DNA from: an uncultured delta proteobacterium
GTDB lineage: Bacteria > Desulfobacterota > BSN033 > UBA1163
Length of the DNA stretch: 64,000 nt
Assembly: GCA_963827685.1 (NCBI GenBank)
Contig: CAWHBU010000003.1
Span: 576,001-640,000, forward strand
Reading direction: 5' to 3'
The position numbers and the translations under genes are program-made. Positions 63,749 through 64,000 of the stretch are shown here, piece after piece; position 1 is the first letter of the stretch; each line of letters begins with the position of its first letter. The notes beneath the pieces were generated by a model that saw only the letters and a list, made by a program, of their open reading frames with translations, made no database searches and was not told the DNA's origin.

Positions 63749-64000
63749 TTATTTGACGAGCGGGAACATCACTCGGAAGGTCGTTCGACCTTCCCCTGAC
63801 TCAACTTCCATCTTTCCTTTCATCTGTTTGACCAATCGGGTGGTGATATGGAGTCCTCTGCCCCTCCCCTCGCCAAGGAGGTACCGGTCTCTATCCTCCT
63901 CTCGAATTTCCCCTGTATTGGTCACCTCAGCCACTGCCCAACAATCTTTTTGATAGGATCGAATGGAGAGATATCCTCCCTCTTCAGGCATGGCGTTGGA
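63749..64000 (-). CDS. histidine kinase-like ATPase C-terminus (partial, enters from window edge)
   Basis: NAMPEEGG, NTG, GRGLHIT, G.MEVES..G.TTFRV. Confidence 0.75.
   Translation of the reverse strand, partial: SNAMPEEGGYLSIRSYQKDCWAVAEVTNTGEIREEDRDRYLLGEGRGRGLHITTRLVKQMKGKMEVESGEGRTTFRVMFPLVK

Overview
About 64 kb of bacterial chromosome, most likely from an anaerobic Desulfobacterota/Deltaproteobacteria-type organism (inferred from tol-pal genes, a multiheme cytochrome, CCG and DUF362 proteins, and gene order). Core blocks are uvrB-uvrC, groES-groEL, tolB-pal-cpoB and, on the minus strand, the tRNA(Tyr,Gly,Thr)-tuf-rpmG-tRNA(Trp)-secE-nusG-rplK-rplA-rplJ-rplL-rpoB-rpoC cluster. There are three accessory blocks. 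(i) 1.5-4.8 kb: genes separated by degenerate attC-like palindromes. (ii) 11.2-18.6 kb: two toxin-antitoxin pairs, two class III nucleotide-cyclase-like genes, a trypsin-TPR protein and further attC-like sites. (iii) 27.9-33.0 kb: a defence island with a BsuBI/PstI-type restriction-modification pair, a degenerate SIR2-like ORF ending in a TIR stub, and a HEPN (DUF4209-like) fragment. Intergenic DNA holds many small palindromic elements, MITE-like elements and 7-8 nt tandem-repeat arrays. The standout observation is an in-frame insertion of about 82 aa in the RNA polymerase beta subunit that is a diverged copy of domain II of ribosomal protein L1 (about 39 of 83 residues identical, by manual alignment, to the L1 encoded 3 kb away). 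All calls come from reading the sequence and recognising motifs; no database searches were run.
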